A stretch of DNA of 46,181 bases from Nitrospiraceae bacterium (GCA_035632555.1 DASQGO010000105.1:1-46181), one strand, 5' to 3'; counted from the stretch's first letter, positions 18,145 to 28,169 are shown. Translations and numbers: made by a program. Notes: a model not told the origin generated them from the sequence alone.

Positions 18145-18842
18145 GTGCGGGATCCTGCGTGCTTGGCGCGGGCCGGCAGCGCGTTCATGAATTCGATGCT
18201 GAACGACTCAGCTCGGAAGACCGACTTGCGAATCCGCGTCAGGAAATAATTGTAGGCGATCACGGCTGGAATGGCCGTCAGCAGGCCGGCCGCCGTCGCC
18301 ACCAGCGCCTCCGCCACGCCGGGCGCCACCGCGGCGATGCTGGCGGTGCCCATTTTTCCGATCTGCTGGAAGGCGTCGATGATTCCCAGCACCGTCCCCA
18401 GCAATCCGATAAACGGCGTGATGTTTCCCGTGGTCGCCAGAAACGGCAGGTACGCTTCCTGCCTCGAAATCTGGCCTTGCATGACGTGCCCCACCACACG
18501 ATCGAGATACTGCCGGTCCGGCTCCGGCGCCTCCTCGGAATTTCCGCGGCGCCCCGATCCCGCTCCGTCACCGTCAGGAACCACCCGGTCCATGATGCCA
18601 AGAAACACGGTTGCACTTGGACTGGCCGGCCACCGGCGGGCCTGACGCCGCAATTCGTCCTGGTCCCGTGTTACGGCATAGGCGCTGAGAAACTGCTGCT
18701 CTTCCCGCTCAGCAGCGCGTGAACTCCGCCATTTTGCGATGATGATGGCCCACGACACGACGGAGAAGATGAACAGGGCGAACAACACAAGCTTGGAGAC
18801 CACTCCAAGCGAGGCAAGGGATCCCATGGCACCGGCTGGCAT
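18141..18842 (-). CDS. tolQ: Tol-Pal proton channel protein TolQ (MotA/ExbB family)
   Basis: Three TM segments and the conserved segment TGNITPFIGLLGTVLGIIDAF...AEALVATAAGL. There is an ATGA overlap with tolR. Confidence 0.85.
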   Translation of the reverse strand: MPAGAMGSLASLGVVSKLVLFALFIFSVVSWAIIIAKWRSSRAAEREEQQFLSAYAVTRDQDELRRQARRWPASPSATVFLGIMDRVVPDGDGAGSGRRGNSEEAPEPDRQYLDRVVGHVMQGQISRQEAYLPFLATTGNITPFIGLLGTVLGIIDAFQQIGKMGTASIAAVAPGVAEALVATAAGLLTAIPAVIAYNYFLTRIRKSVFRAESFSIEFMNALPARAKHAGSRT

Positions 18843-18859
18843 AACAGTCTCCTACGCAG

Positions 18860-18883
18860 CCGCGCCGCCCGACGGCGGCGCGG
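18860..18883. other. Perfect 10-bp GC hairpin between tRNA-Asp and tolQ
   Basis: CCGCGCCGCC (18860-18869), loop CGAC, GGCGGCGCGG (18874-18883). No U-run on either strand. It lies about 10 nt upstream of the tolQ AGGAG. Confidence 0.5.
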
Positions 18884-18914
18884 TGACATCCATCACGTCT
18901 GAAAGCAGAAAAAA

Positions 18915-18992
18915 TGGCGGGGCCGACGGGATTTGAACCCGCGACCTCCAGATTGACAATCTGGCGTCCTAACCAAGCTGAACGACGGCCCC
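18915..18992 (-). tRNA. tRNA-Asp (anticodon GTC), CCA encoded
   Basis: Reverse complement: GGGGCCGTCGTTCAGCTTGGTTAGGACGCCAGATTGTCAATCTGGAGGTCGCGGGTTCAAATCCCGTCGGCCCCGCCA. It folds as a cloverleaf and is colinear with E. coli tRNA-Asp. Confidence 0.9.
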
Positions 18993-19118
18993 GCTAAGGA
19001 ACGAGCGCTGTGCGATAGTAACGATGGGCTGAGGGGGGAAGAGGCCGAAATAATAATCACTACGTGCCTTCGTTTACTCGTGTCTCGTCTGCCCTTCTCC
19101 GCTCCCTTTCTTCGTTGT

Positions 19119-19194
19119 TGGTAGGCGGAACAGGGATCGAACCTGTGACCTCTGCCTTGTAAGGGCAGCGCTCTACCAACTGAGCTATCCGCCC
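19119..19194 (-). tRNA. tRNA-Val (anticodon TAC), CCA encoded
   Basis: Reverse complement: GGGCGGATAGCTCAGTTGGTAGAGCGCTGCCCTTACAAGGCAGAGGTCACAGGTTCGATCCCTGTTCCGCCTACCA. The cloverleaf has anticodon loop CTTACAA. Confidence 0.9.
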
Positions 19195-19223
19195 GAATGT
19201 TCAAAATTGCCGAGTACTTGCGG

Positions 19224-19252
19224 ATGGTATCAAGGCCCCTGCGGGAAGTCAA
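19224..19252 (-). promoter_or_regulatory. Candidate promoter for the tRNA-Val/tRNA-Asp (and possibly tol) transcript
   Basis: Minus strand reads TTGACT-N17-TACCAT, about 30 nt upstream of tRNA-Val. Confidence 0.3.
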
Positions 19253-19310
19253 CCGCGTGGAACGGCGGACGGCGTCACGCCAACGAATGACGAGCCGGCG
19301 CAGGCCGGTT

Positions 19311-20255
19311 CTACCCGCGACGCATCACTCGTCGCGTGGTCGCATTCACATTTTTCCGGCGCGCCTTGCGGGGGAAAAGGTGTTGATGCAATTGCTTGAG
19401 CCGCGCCCGCTCGACGTGGGTGTATATCTGGGTGGTTGAAATGTCGGCATGACCGAGCATCGCCTGGACGGACCGCAAGTCCGCCCCGTGGTCCAGGAGA
19501 TGCGTCGCGAAAGAATGCCGCAGCATGTGCGGAGAGATCGGCTTCCGAATGTCCGCCTGTCGCGCCCGCGCACGGAGCAGCTTCCAGAATCCCTGCCGCG
19601 TCAATGGCCCTCCGCGCCGCGTCACGAACGCGTGCGGCGAGGTCCGTCGCTTCAGCAATGCTGGACGCGCCTGCTCCAAATAGGTCTCGAGTTTGCGCCG
19701 CGCCGGCTCTCCCATCGGCACCACCCGCTGCTTGTTGCCCTTGCCGCTGACGAGCACGTAGCCGACGTCCAGATTCAGACGCGCCTGCTCGAGGCCGACG
19801 AGTTCCGAGACACGCAGCCCCGTGGCATACAACAACTCGAGCATTGCGGCATCGCGCAGATCCTCCGGCTTCTTCCCCGACACGACCCGGAGCAAGCAGT
19901 CGACGTCATCCGCCGACAGCGTCTTGGGAAGCCGGAGCCACGGCCGCGGCGTCGTCACATCCGTCGTGGGATTCTCCGAAACCATCCGCTCGTGACACAG
20001 GAAGCGGTAGAAGCCACGCAGTGCGGACACGCACCGCGCAATCGAGGCCGGCGAGAGCTTGCGCTGCGACAGTTGTCCGACGAAGGCCGACACCGTCCGC
20101 GGCGAGACACGCGCAAGGTCGCGGACGCGCTGAACCTTGAGAAACGCCTGGAACTTTCCCAGGTCGTTCCGGTAACTCTCCAGCGTGTTGCGCGACACCC
20201 CGCCTTCAATCCGCAGTTCGCTGAGATACCGATCGATCAGTGCCGTCGTATCCAT
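19311..20255 (-). CDS. xerD: Site-specific tyrosine recombinase XerD (chromosome dimer resolution)
   Basis: Colinear with E. coli XerD: ...LYATGLRVSELVGL..., HMLRHSFATHLLDHGADLRSVQAMLGHADISTTQIYTHV..RLKQLH. Confidence 0.85.
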   Translation of the reverse strand: MDTTALIDRYLSELRIEGGVSRNTLESYRNDLGKFQAFLKVQRVRDLARVSPRTVSAFVGQLSQRKLSPASIARCVSALRGFYRFLCHERMVSENPTTDVTTPRPWLRLPKTLSADDVDCLLRVVSGKKPEDLRDAAMLELLYATGLRVSELVGLEQARLNLDVGYVLVSGKGNKQRVVPMGEPARRKLETYLEQARPALLKRRTSPHAFVTRRGGPLTRQGFWKLLRARARQADIRKPISPHMLRHSFATHLLDHGADLRSVQAMLGHADISTTQIYTHVERARLKQLHQHLFPRKARRKNVNATTRRVMRRG

Positions 20256-20321
20256 GGGTCGCCGCGACTATAGCGAAGCCCTCACGTCAAGACAACCGCA
20301 TGAAGAGAAGAACTGACGACC

Positions 20322-20351
20322 TTGACACCTTCCAGGGGGGCTCCGTATAGT
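20322..20351 (+). promoter_or_regulatory. Candidate sigma70 promoter for the LpoA-like gene
   Basis: TTGACA (20322-20327)-N18-TATAGT (20346-20351). Confidence 0.45.
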
Positions 20352-20386
20352 GCCTTTGCAGTCGGACAAACGTCTGCGCACCACCG

Positions 20387-22330
20387 ATGCCGAATCCTGC
20401 TGGCCTACAGCAACACATCGCCTCCCCGTTCTTCCTCGTATCGTTGTTCCTGTCCATCTGCTTGGGCAACGTGGATGGGACCGTCTTTGCGCAAGCGGAT
20501 CCAGCCAGCCCGCAAAGCGAGCGCGCCGCGCAGATCATCATCGAACAAGCCCAGTCTCTGATCGAGACCCATCAGTACGATGCGGCCACCGCCGCGCTTA
20601 AAACGTTCCTGGCCGGTTATCCCAACTCCAGCTACGTGGATGACGCCCATCTGCTCCTGGCCACCGCGCTGATCGGCAACAAGCAGGCGACGGAAGCGAT
20701 CGTCACGCTCGAGCAATTGATGGCCGACCATCCCACTTCTCCCCTGATCGGCCGCGCGCGTCTGCTCCTGGCCACCGCCCACACCGATCTCGGCAACCCG
20801 GACCAGGCGCTGGCCATCCTCGCCGAGGCGCGCAGCCTCGAGGATTCGGTGGAAATCAAACGCGACGCGCTCAAGCTCAGCGGCGAGATCCTGATCACGA
20901 AAGGCGACTATTCCCACGCGGTGCAATCCTGGCTCGACGAGTTGAATCTGACGCCGGAGGAGGAGCGGCCCGACGTTCGGCTGCGGATTCGCACGCTGAT
21001 CCACGATAAAATGGACCGTAAAACACTGCACCGACTTCGCGACACCTATCCCACCACCTTTCCGGGCGATCTCGCACTGATCCGCCTGATCGAGTTGTAT
21101 GCCGCGAAAGGCGAAGACCACCAGGCGGAACGCAATCTGCGCATTTTCCTGAACCGGTTCCCGGCCCACGAGTATGCACAAACCGCCACGGAGACGCTGA
21201 AGTCGTTGAAGAGCCGGCTCAAAGCCAGCCAGTACGTCATCGTGGCCATGATCCCGACGTCGGGGCGGCACAGCCAGTTCGGCACCGAGGTCTACAACGG
21301 CATCAAGCTCGCGCTGGAGAAGGGCAAGGAAACCCTGGGCCTGACGTCGGTCGGCTTGATCGTCATTGACAGCGAAACCGACAAGGGCCTGTTGCGATTT
21401 CAGCTCTCGGATGCGATCGCCGAATACAAGCCGCTGGCCGTGATCGGACCGCTGTTCTCCAAGGATCTTCCGCTCGTCGCGGAGCTGGCGGAGAAGACCG
21501 AGACGCCGTTCCTCACCCCCACAGCCGCGCTGGCGGATGTCCGCCGCCTCGGCACCTACCTGTTCAACACGTCGACCAGCTTCTTCCAGCAGGCGAATCG
21601 CCTGGCCGACTATGCCGTGCAGTATCTGGGCTATACCCGTTTCTGCATCCTCCACCCCGACACCGCTTACGGGCAGGAATTGGCCCGCCTGTTCGCCCAG
21701 GAAGCCAGGCACTTCGGCGGCGAAATCATCGCCCTGGAATCCTACAAGGAAACGGACACCGATTTCGGATTGCCGATCAAGCGGCTGAAACTCGAAGACC
21801 TGAAGCGGCACGGCCATTCCAAGACCGTCCCGATGAGCAAAGGCGGCGCGCGCGTGGTGTACGAGCCGGGGTTTGACGCGGTGTTTCTCCCGGGCCGATC
21901 CTCCCAGATCGGTCTATTGACCTCTCAGTTGCTGTTCTACGACGTCAAGGTCGGCTTTTTGGGCAACAGCACCTGGAACTCGCCTGATCTGCTGCGCACG
22001 GCCGATCGCACGATCGAAGGCGACGTCTTTGTCGACGGGTTTTTTGCGGACAGCCCCGATCCGACGATCCACGACTTCGTCGTGCGGTACCGCCTGCGGC
22101 ACCAGGCGGACCCCACCAGCTTCGCCGCACACGCCTACGATGCCACCCGGCTGGTGCTCGACGCCGTGACGCGGGGGGCGACATCGGGCCGCGCGATCCG
22201 CGACCAGCTCACGCGCAGCCCGGACCTGCCCGCCTTGAGCGGACCGGCGGCCTTCGGCCCCAACGGCACGCTCGACCGCAAGCTGTTCGTAATCGAAATC
22301 AAGAAGGGCAAATTCGTGCAGGTGGACTGA
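20387..22330 (+). CDS. Exported TPR plus type-1 periplasmic-binding-fold protein (LpoA/LppC-like or LivK-like)
   Basis: Signal peptide, about 250 aa of TPR-like helical repeats, then a Leu/Ile/Val-binding-protein-like domain (VIVAMIPTSG...AVIGPLFS...). Confidence 0.7.
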   Translation: MPNPAGLQQHIASPFFLVSLFLSICLGNVDGTVFAQADPASPQSERAAQIIIEQAQSLIETHQYDAATAALKTFLAGYPNSSYVDDAHLLLATALIGNKQATEAIVTLEQLMADHPTSPLIGRARLLLATAHTDLGNPDQALAILAEARSLEDSVEIKRDALKLSGEILITKGDYSHAVQSWLDELNLTPEEERPDVRLRIRTLIHDKMDRKTLHRLRDTYPTTFPGDLALIRLIELYAAKGEDHQAERNLRIFLNRFPAHEYAQTATETLKSLKSRLKASQYVIVAMIPTSGRHSQFGTEVYNGIKLALEKGKETLGLTSVGLIVIDSETDKGLLRFQLSDAIAEYKPLAVIGPLFSKDLPLVAELAEKTETPFLTPTAALADVRRLGTYLFNTSTSFFQQANRLADYAVQYLGYTRFCILHPDTAYGQELARLFAQEARHFGGEIIALESYKETDTDFGLPIKRLKLEDLKRHGHSKTVPMSKGGARVVYEPGFDAVFLPGRSSQIGLLTSQLLFYDVKVGFLGNSTWNSPDLLRTADRTIEGDVFVDGFFADSPDPTIHDFVVRYRLRHQADPTSFAAHAYDATRLVLDAVTRGATSGRAIRDQLTRSPDLPALSGPAAFGPNGTLDRKLFVIEIKKGKFVQVD

Positions 22331-22337
22331 GGCGCCA

Positions 22338-23060
22338 ATGAATTCGCTGCCGAATATTCTTCATACGATTTCCTATATGGCCCTGCCGCTGCTGCTCGCG
22401 ATGGTTTTCCACGAATATGCGCACGGCTGGGTCGCCAACCACTACGGGGATGCCACCGCCCGCCTGGAAGGCCGGCTGACCATGAACCCCTTGGCGCACG
22501 TGGATCCCTTCGGAACCGTGATCCTCCCGCTGCTCTGCCTGATGCTGCCGGGCGGATTTTTCCTGGGCTGGGCGAAGCCGGTGCCGATCAATCCGTCGCG
22601 ACTGCGCAACCCCCGCCGCGACATGGCGCTGGTCGCCGCAGCCGGACCCGGCATGAATCTCCTGCTGGCCGTCGCCAGCGCGGTGATCCTGAGCGCGCTC
22701 CTCTCCATCGATCCTACATTGATGGCATCGTGGCCGCCCCAGCCAGGACAACCCCCTCGGCGGGATCTCCTCGGCATGCTGCTGCTCCCCGTCGCGGCAA
22801 TGGCGCTCTATTCCGTCTTTATCAACGTCCTGCTCATGGCATTCAATTTGATCCCCATTCCGCCGCTGGACGGGGGGCGCATACTGACCAGCCTGTTGCC
22901 GGCCCAACCGGCGCTCGCCCTGAGCCGGCTCGAACCCTACGGCATGTTGATCATCGTGGCGCTGATCATGTTCGATCCGCAGATTCACGTCATCCGGACC
23001 ATCACCGGCACGCTCGTCCACGCGATGGCCGGCACGATCCTTTCGACCGTCCTGGAGTAA
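22338..23060 (+). CDS. Site-2 protease family (M50) membrane metalloprotease
   Basis: HEYAHG zinc motif in TM1, multiple TM segments and the motif NLIPIPPLDGGRIL. Confidence 0.85.
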   Translation: MNSLPNILHTISYMALPLLLAMVFHEYAHGWVANHYGDATARLEGRLTMNPLAHVDPFGTVILPLLCLMLPGGFFLGWAKPVPINPSRLRNPRRDMALVAAAGPGMNLLLAVASAVILSALLSIDPTLMASWPPQPGQPPRRDLLGMLLLPVAAMALYSVFINVLLMAFNLIPIPPLDGGRILTSLLPAQPALALSRLEPYGMLIIVALIMFDPQIHVIRTITGTLVHAMAGTILSTVLE

Positions 23061-23066
23061 CCGGCA

Positions 23067-24062
23067 ATGCCGTCACACACGGGCACACCTCGCGTCCTCA
23101 GCGGCATGCAGCCGAGCGGGCTGCTGCATTTGGGCAATTGGCTGCGCGCGCTGGAAAACTGGAAAGCACTGCAGGAGCAGTACGAGTGTTTCTTTTTCGT
23201 CGCCGACTGGCACGCGCTCTCGACAAACTACGAAAACACGTCGCGGATCAAGGAATTCAACCGCGAACTGCTGATCGACTGGCTGGCGGCGGGCATCGAC
23301 CCGAACCGCGCCACGGTGTTTATCCAGTCCCACGTTCCCGAACATGCGATCCTGCATCTGCTGCTCTCCATGCTCGTGCCGATCCCGTGGCTGGAGCGGA
23401 ATCCGACCTACAAGGAAAAACAGGAGGAGATCAAGGAACGCGACCTCTCCACCTACGGCTTTCTCGGCTATCCGGTGCTGCAGGCGGCCGACATTTTGTT
23501 GTACAAGGCGGATTACGTCCCTGTCGGAAAGGATCAACTGCCCCATCTGGAGTTGACGCGCGAAATCGCCCGGCGGTTCAACAGCCTGTACCGGCCCGTC
23601 TTTCGGGAGCCGAAGGAGCACCTGACAAAATTCCCCAAAGTGCTGGGCACCGACGGCAGGAAAATGAGCAAGAGCTACGGCAACACGATCAATCTCTCCG
23701 ACGCTGAGCCAGTTGTCCGCCAGAAATTGAAGACGATGGTGACGGACCCGGCGCGCGTGAAGCGGACCGACAAGGGCAATCCGGACATCTGCCCGGTCTT
23801 TGACTTTCACAAAATCTTTTCGGACCAGCCGACGATCGAACAGATCAACCGGGAATGCCGGACGGCCGGCATCGGCTGTATCGATTGCAAAAAGCTGGTG
23901 GCCGATGGCATGGTGAAGCGGATGGCCCCGATATGGGACGGCCGGGCACGGCTCACAGCCAACCCGGGCCAGGTGGACGAGATCGTCCGCGAGGGAAGCC
24001 GGCGTGCCACGGCGGTTGCGCATCGGACTCTGGAAGAAGTCAACGACGCAATGAAGATCTAA
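23067..24062 (+). CDS. trpS: Tryptophan--tRNA ligase
   Basis: Class I aaRS motifs: GMQPSGLLHLGN (HIGH-type) and KMSKS. Length is 331 aa. Confidence 0.9.
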   Translation: MPSHTGTPRVLSGMQPSGLLHLGNWLRALENWKALQEQYECFFFVADWHALSTNYENTSRIKEFNRELLIDWLAAGIDPNRATVFIQSHVPEHAILHLLLSMLVPIPWLERNPTYKEKQEEIKERDLSTYGFLGYPVLQAADILLYKADYVPVGKDQLPHLELTREIARRFNSLYRPVFREPKEHLTKFPKVLGTDGRKMSKSYGNTINLSDAEPVVRQKLKTMVTDPARVKRTDKGNPDICPVFDFHKIFSDQPTIEQINRECRTAGIGCIDCKKLVADGMVKRMAPIWDGRARLTANPGQVDEIVREGSRRATAVAHRTLEEVNDAMKI

Positions 24063-24075
24063 CAAAGGTGGTTGT

Positions 24076-24492
24076 ATGCGAGCACTGCCGTCCTCCTGCA
24101 TCACACTGCTGACCGGGGCATCCTTGCTGCTGTCGGGTTGCGCCTCGATCCTGCACTCGGATCACCAATCTGTCCGTATTTTCTCCGAGCCTGGGGAAGC
24201 CAAGGTTGTCGTAGACGATCGGTTTCATCTGACCACGGTCGGCACGGTCAACCTGAGCCGTTTTTCAGACCATACCGCCGTCTTCGAAAAAGAGGGTTAC
24301 GAGCCGGTCACGGTCACGATCGAACGCCACATGTCCAAGCAGGTCTGGTGGAACCTGTGGTGCCTGCCGGCCATCTACTGGTGCCTCAAGAGCGACCGCG
24401 AAGACGGTGGCTTCTGGACCTTCGACGACGACATTTACGTGACGCTGACCAAGCGCGCGGACGCGGCGCCGGCGAAACCGCCCGCCCCGTAG
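24076..24492 (+). CDS. Small lipoprotein with a PEGA-like domain
   Basis: Lipobox LLLSGC and VRIFSEPGEAKVVVDD...EKEGYEPVTVTI. Confidence 0.6.
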   Translation: MRALPSSCITLLTGASLLLSGCASILHSDHQSVRIFSEPGEAKVVVDDRFHLTTVGTVNLSRFSDHTAVFEKEGYEPVTVTIERHMSKQVWWNLWCLPAIYWCLKSDREDGGFWTFDDDIYVTLTKRADAAPAKPPAP

Positions 24493-24497
24493 TCGTC

Positions 24498-24526
24498 TTG
24501 ACTTCACACAGGTGACTGAGTACGAT
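24498..24526 (+). promoter_or_regulatory. Candidate sigma70 promoter upstream of gap
   Basis: TTGACT (24498-24503)-N17-TACGAT (24521-24526). Confidence 0.3.
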
Positions 24527-24537
24527 GCGGCCCTCGG

Positions 24538-24570
24538 TGCCGGTCGGACATCGGCCGGCATTTTTTGTTT
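24538..24570 (+). terminator. Intrinsic terminator-like hairpin with a U-run
   Basis: TGCCGGTCG-gacat-CGGCCGGCA followed by TTTTTTGTTTG. It lies 46 nt after the lipoprotein stop. Confidence 0.55.
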
Positions 24571-24600
24571 GTGTGACACATGAGAACGGAGCACAATTAA

Positions 24601-25608
<1,008 letters not shown>

Positions 25609-25632
25609 TTCTTAATCGACTTCGACACCGAA

Positions 25633-25752
25633 GGATGTTCAAAAAGGCCATCCAGCAAGGCCGCAGCGAGCGAGAAGGCGAGGCGTACGCCTTTCGGTAC
25701 GTTGAGCCTTTGAGCGATGCGAGAACGCCGCTGGAGGCCTTTTTCAACATCC
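25633..25752 (+). repeat. REP-like 120-bp imperfect palindromic element, copy A (gap-pgk spacer)
   Basis: Terminal inverted arms GGATGTTCAAAAAGGCC...GGCCTTTTTCAACATCC, with a GGCGTACGCC palindrome just left of the element midpoint. About 80% identical by eye to 28187-28307. Confidence 0.8.
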
Positions 25753-25768
25753 ATGCTGGAACAGCCGA

Positions 25769-26968
25769 ATGAATTTGAAAAAGCAGACCATTGAAGACGT
25801 CACCCTGCGCGGCAAGCGCGTCCTGATCCGGGCCGACTTCAACGTCCCGCTCGACGACGCGCTCCAGATCACGGACGATACCCGCATCCGCTCCACGCTC
25901 CCGACCATCAATCGCGCCGTGGATGAAGGCGCCAAAGTGATCCTCTGCTCGCACCTGGGACGTCCCAAGAGTTCGTCCGATCTGAAATTCAGTCTCGCGC
26001 CGATCGCCAAGCGGCTGCAGCGGCTGCTCGGCAAGGAAGTCGCGTTCGCGCCGGATTGCATCGGCTCCGCAGCCGAGTCGCTGGTCGCCAAGATGAAGCC
26101 GGGCGATGTGCTGCTGCTCGAAAACCTGCGCTTTCATGCCGGCGAGGAAAAAAACGACGAGGCTTTCTCGAAATCCCTGGCTGCCCTCGCCGACGTCTAC
26201 ATCAACGACGCCTTCGGCGCCGCGCACCGCGCGCACGCTTCCATCGTCGGCGTCACGAAATTCGTCAAGGTGTGCGCGGCCGGCTACCTGCTCAAAAAAG
26301 AAATTGAGTACCTGGAAGGCGCCGTGGCCAATCCGATGCGGCCCTTCGTTGCCATTCTCGGCGGCGCGAAGGTGTCCGGAAAGATCGGCGTCATCGAAAA
26401 CCTCGGCAAGCGCGTGGACAAGGTCATCATCGGCGGCGGCATGGCCTTCACCTTCATCAAGGCCATGGGCATGGAGATCGGCAGCTCGCTGGTCGAAGAC
26501 AACATGCTCGACTTCGCGCGCGGCATCCAGGAGCACGCCATGTCGCGAGGAGTGAAGTTCTATCTGCCGGTGGATTGCGTGGTCGCCGCCAGCCGCGAGC
26601 CCGGCGCAGAGACCAAGCTCGTTCCGGTCCAGGAAATTCCGAAAGGCTGGTGCGGGCTGGACATCGGCCCCGCCTCCGTCAAACTGTTCAGCGAAGCCGT
26701 TCAGAACGCCAAGACCATCCTCTGGAACGGCCCGATGGGCATGTTCGAGACAGACGCTTACTCGCGCGGCACCTTTTCGCTGGCACATGCCGTCTCCAAT
26801 GCCTACGCGCTCACGATCGTCGGCGGAGGCGACACGGCCCTGGCCGTGCACCGCGCAGGCGAATCCGAAAGCATGTCGTTTATCTCCACCGGCGGCGGCG
26901 CCGCGCTCGAACTGCTTGAAGGCAAGGAACTCCCCGGCCTGGCCGCCCTGCCTGCCAAAGACGCGTGA
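25769..26968 (+). CDS. pgk: Phosphoglycerate kinase
   Basis: 399 aa; RADFNVPL, the N-terminal hinge motifs, and GGGDTA near the C-terminus. Confidence 0.95.
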   Translation: MNLKKQTIEDVTLRGKRVLIRADFNVPLDDALQITDDTRIRSTLPTINRAVDEGAKVILCSHLGRPKSSSDLKFSLAPIAKRLQRLLGKEVAFAPDCIGSAAESLVAKMKPGDVLLLENLRFHAGEEKNDEAFSKSLAALADVYINDAFGAAHRAHASIVGVTKFVKVCAAGYLLKKEIEYLEGAVANPMRPFVAILGGAKVSGKIGVIENLGKRVDKVIIGGGMAFTFIKAMGMEIGSSLVEDNMLDFARGIQEHAMSRGVKFYLPVDCVVAASREPGAETKLVPVQEIPKGWCGLDIGPASVKLFSEAVQNAKTILWNGPMGMFETDAYSRGTFSLAHAVSNAYALTIVGGGDTALAVHRAGESESMSFISTGGGAALELLEGKELPGLAALPAKDA

Positions 26969-27005
26969 ACACCGCCATCCCCCGGCTCGCCCCATTCGAG
27001 GTCCC

Positions 27006-27770
27006 GTGCGTCGGCACTTGATCGTCGGCAATTGGAAAATGCACAAGACGGCCGCCGAGGCCGCGGTGTACGTACGACGGCTGGCCGGGCTGGTCCGCCA
27101 GAGCGCGAAGGTCGAGATCGTGCTGGCGCCGCCGTTCACCGCCCTTTCCGTGGCCGCCCTGCCGATCGCCCGCCGGTTTGTCTTTGCCGGGCAGGATCTG
27201 CATTGGGAGGACGATGGCGCCTACACCGGGGAAATTTCCGCGCCGATGCTCAAGGCGCTCGGTTGTCGCTACGTCATCCTGGGCCATTCCGAGCGGCGCC
27301 GGCTGTTCGGCGAAGGGGATGCGGCGATCAACAAAAAAGTCCTGGCCGCGCTCCGGCACGGGCTTCGCCCGATCCTCTGCATCGGCGAATCGCTGGCTGA
27401 ACGGCAGCGCGGGCAAACGACCCGCGTGGTGCTCCGTCAACTGCAGAATGGGCTGCGCGGGATTTCCAAAGAGGCTGGCCGGCACATTGCCATCGCGTAC
27501 GAGCCGGTGTGGGCTATCGGAACGGGCCACGCGGCATCGCCGAAGCAGATTGGCACCGTGCACCGCACGATTCGGGCCCGTGTCGCTCGCACCTGGGGCC
27601 GGCACGCCGCCGATCGCCTGCGAATCCTGTACGGAGGCAGCGTGAAACCGGACAACATCGTCGACTTTATGGGAACATCGGAGATCGATGGCGCTCTGGT
27701 GGGCAGCGCTTGTCTGAACCCTCAATCCTTTGCTAGAATCATCGCCCAGACACAATCGGTGAAGCAGTAG
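27006..27770 (+). CDS. tpiA: Triosephosphate isomerase
   Basis: GTG start at 27006 gives VRRHLIVGNWKMHKT...; AYEPVWAIGTG and ILYGGSV are present. The ORF-track start at 26787 would overlap pgk by 182 nt. Confidence 0.9.
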   Translation: MRRHLIVGNWKMHKTAAEAAVYVRRLAGLVRQSAKVEIVLAPPFTALSVAALPIARRFVFAGQDLHWEDDGAYTGEISAPMLKALGCRYVILGHSERRRLFGEGDAAINKKVLAALRHGLRPILCIGESLAERQRGQTTRVVLRQLQNGLRGISKEAGRHIAIAYEPVWAIGTGHAASPKQIGTVHRTIRARVARTWGRHAADRLRILYGGSVKPDNIVDFMGTSEIDGALVGSACLNPQSFARIIAQTQSVKQ

Positions 27771-27797
27771 CGCGCACAAGATCGGGGAAGGAGCCTA

Positions 27798-28169
27798 ATG
27801 TATACGTTGGCCGTCGTGATCCACGTGTTGGTGTGTTTTCTGATGATCGCGTCCATCCTGCTGCAATCGGGCAAGGGCGCCGAAATCGGCGCGGCCTTCG
27901 GCGGCTCCAGCCAGACGGTCTTCGGCAGCCGCGGACCGGGTACGTTCCTCAGCAAAGTCACCGTCGCCGCGGCGATCATCTTCATGATGACATCCCTCGG
28001 TCTGGCCATCCTGTCCAAGGAGCGGACCTTCTCCTCGACCGTCATTGACGTCAACAAGCAACAGCCGTCCGCCGCACCGAGCCACTCCGACGACGCCAGC
28101 CACGACGCGCCGGCTGCTCCGGCACCATCCGGCACGGCAACATCTCCGTCCGAGCCAACGAAGCCGTAG
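27798..28169 (+). CDS. secG: Preprotein translocase subunit SecG
   Basis: LLQSGKGAEIGAAFGG motif, two TM segments, GGAAGGAG RBS and the canonical position after tpiA. Confidence 0.85.
   Translation: MYTLAVVIHVLVCFLMIASILLQSGKGAEIGAAFGGSSQTVFGSRGPGTFLSKVTVAAAIIFMMTSLGLAILSKERTFSSTVIDVNKQQPSAAPSHSDDASHDAPAAPAPSGTATSPSEPTKP

Noticed and set aside
18893-19252. 119-aa ORF on the minus strand.
   Set aside because: It spans both tRNA genes and the spacer between them, so it is an artefact of translating tRNA sequence.
19311-20255. A tyrosine recombinase next to two tRNA genes, which could mark an integrated mobile element.
   Set aside because: The protein is colinear with housekeeping XerD, including the C-terminal ...TQIYTHV..RLKQLH tail. 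I saw no flanking direct repeats of tRNA 3' ends, no cargo genes, and no compositional shift on either side.
20256-20290. A TTGACG...TATAGT motif on the minus strand upstream of xerD.
   Set aside because: The spacer is only 12 nt, which is incompatible with sigma70 geometry.
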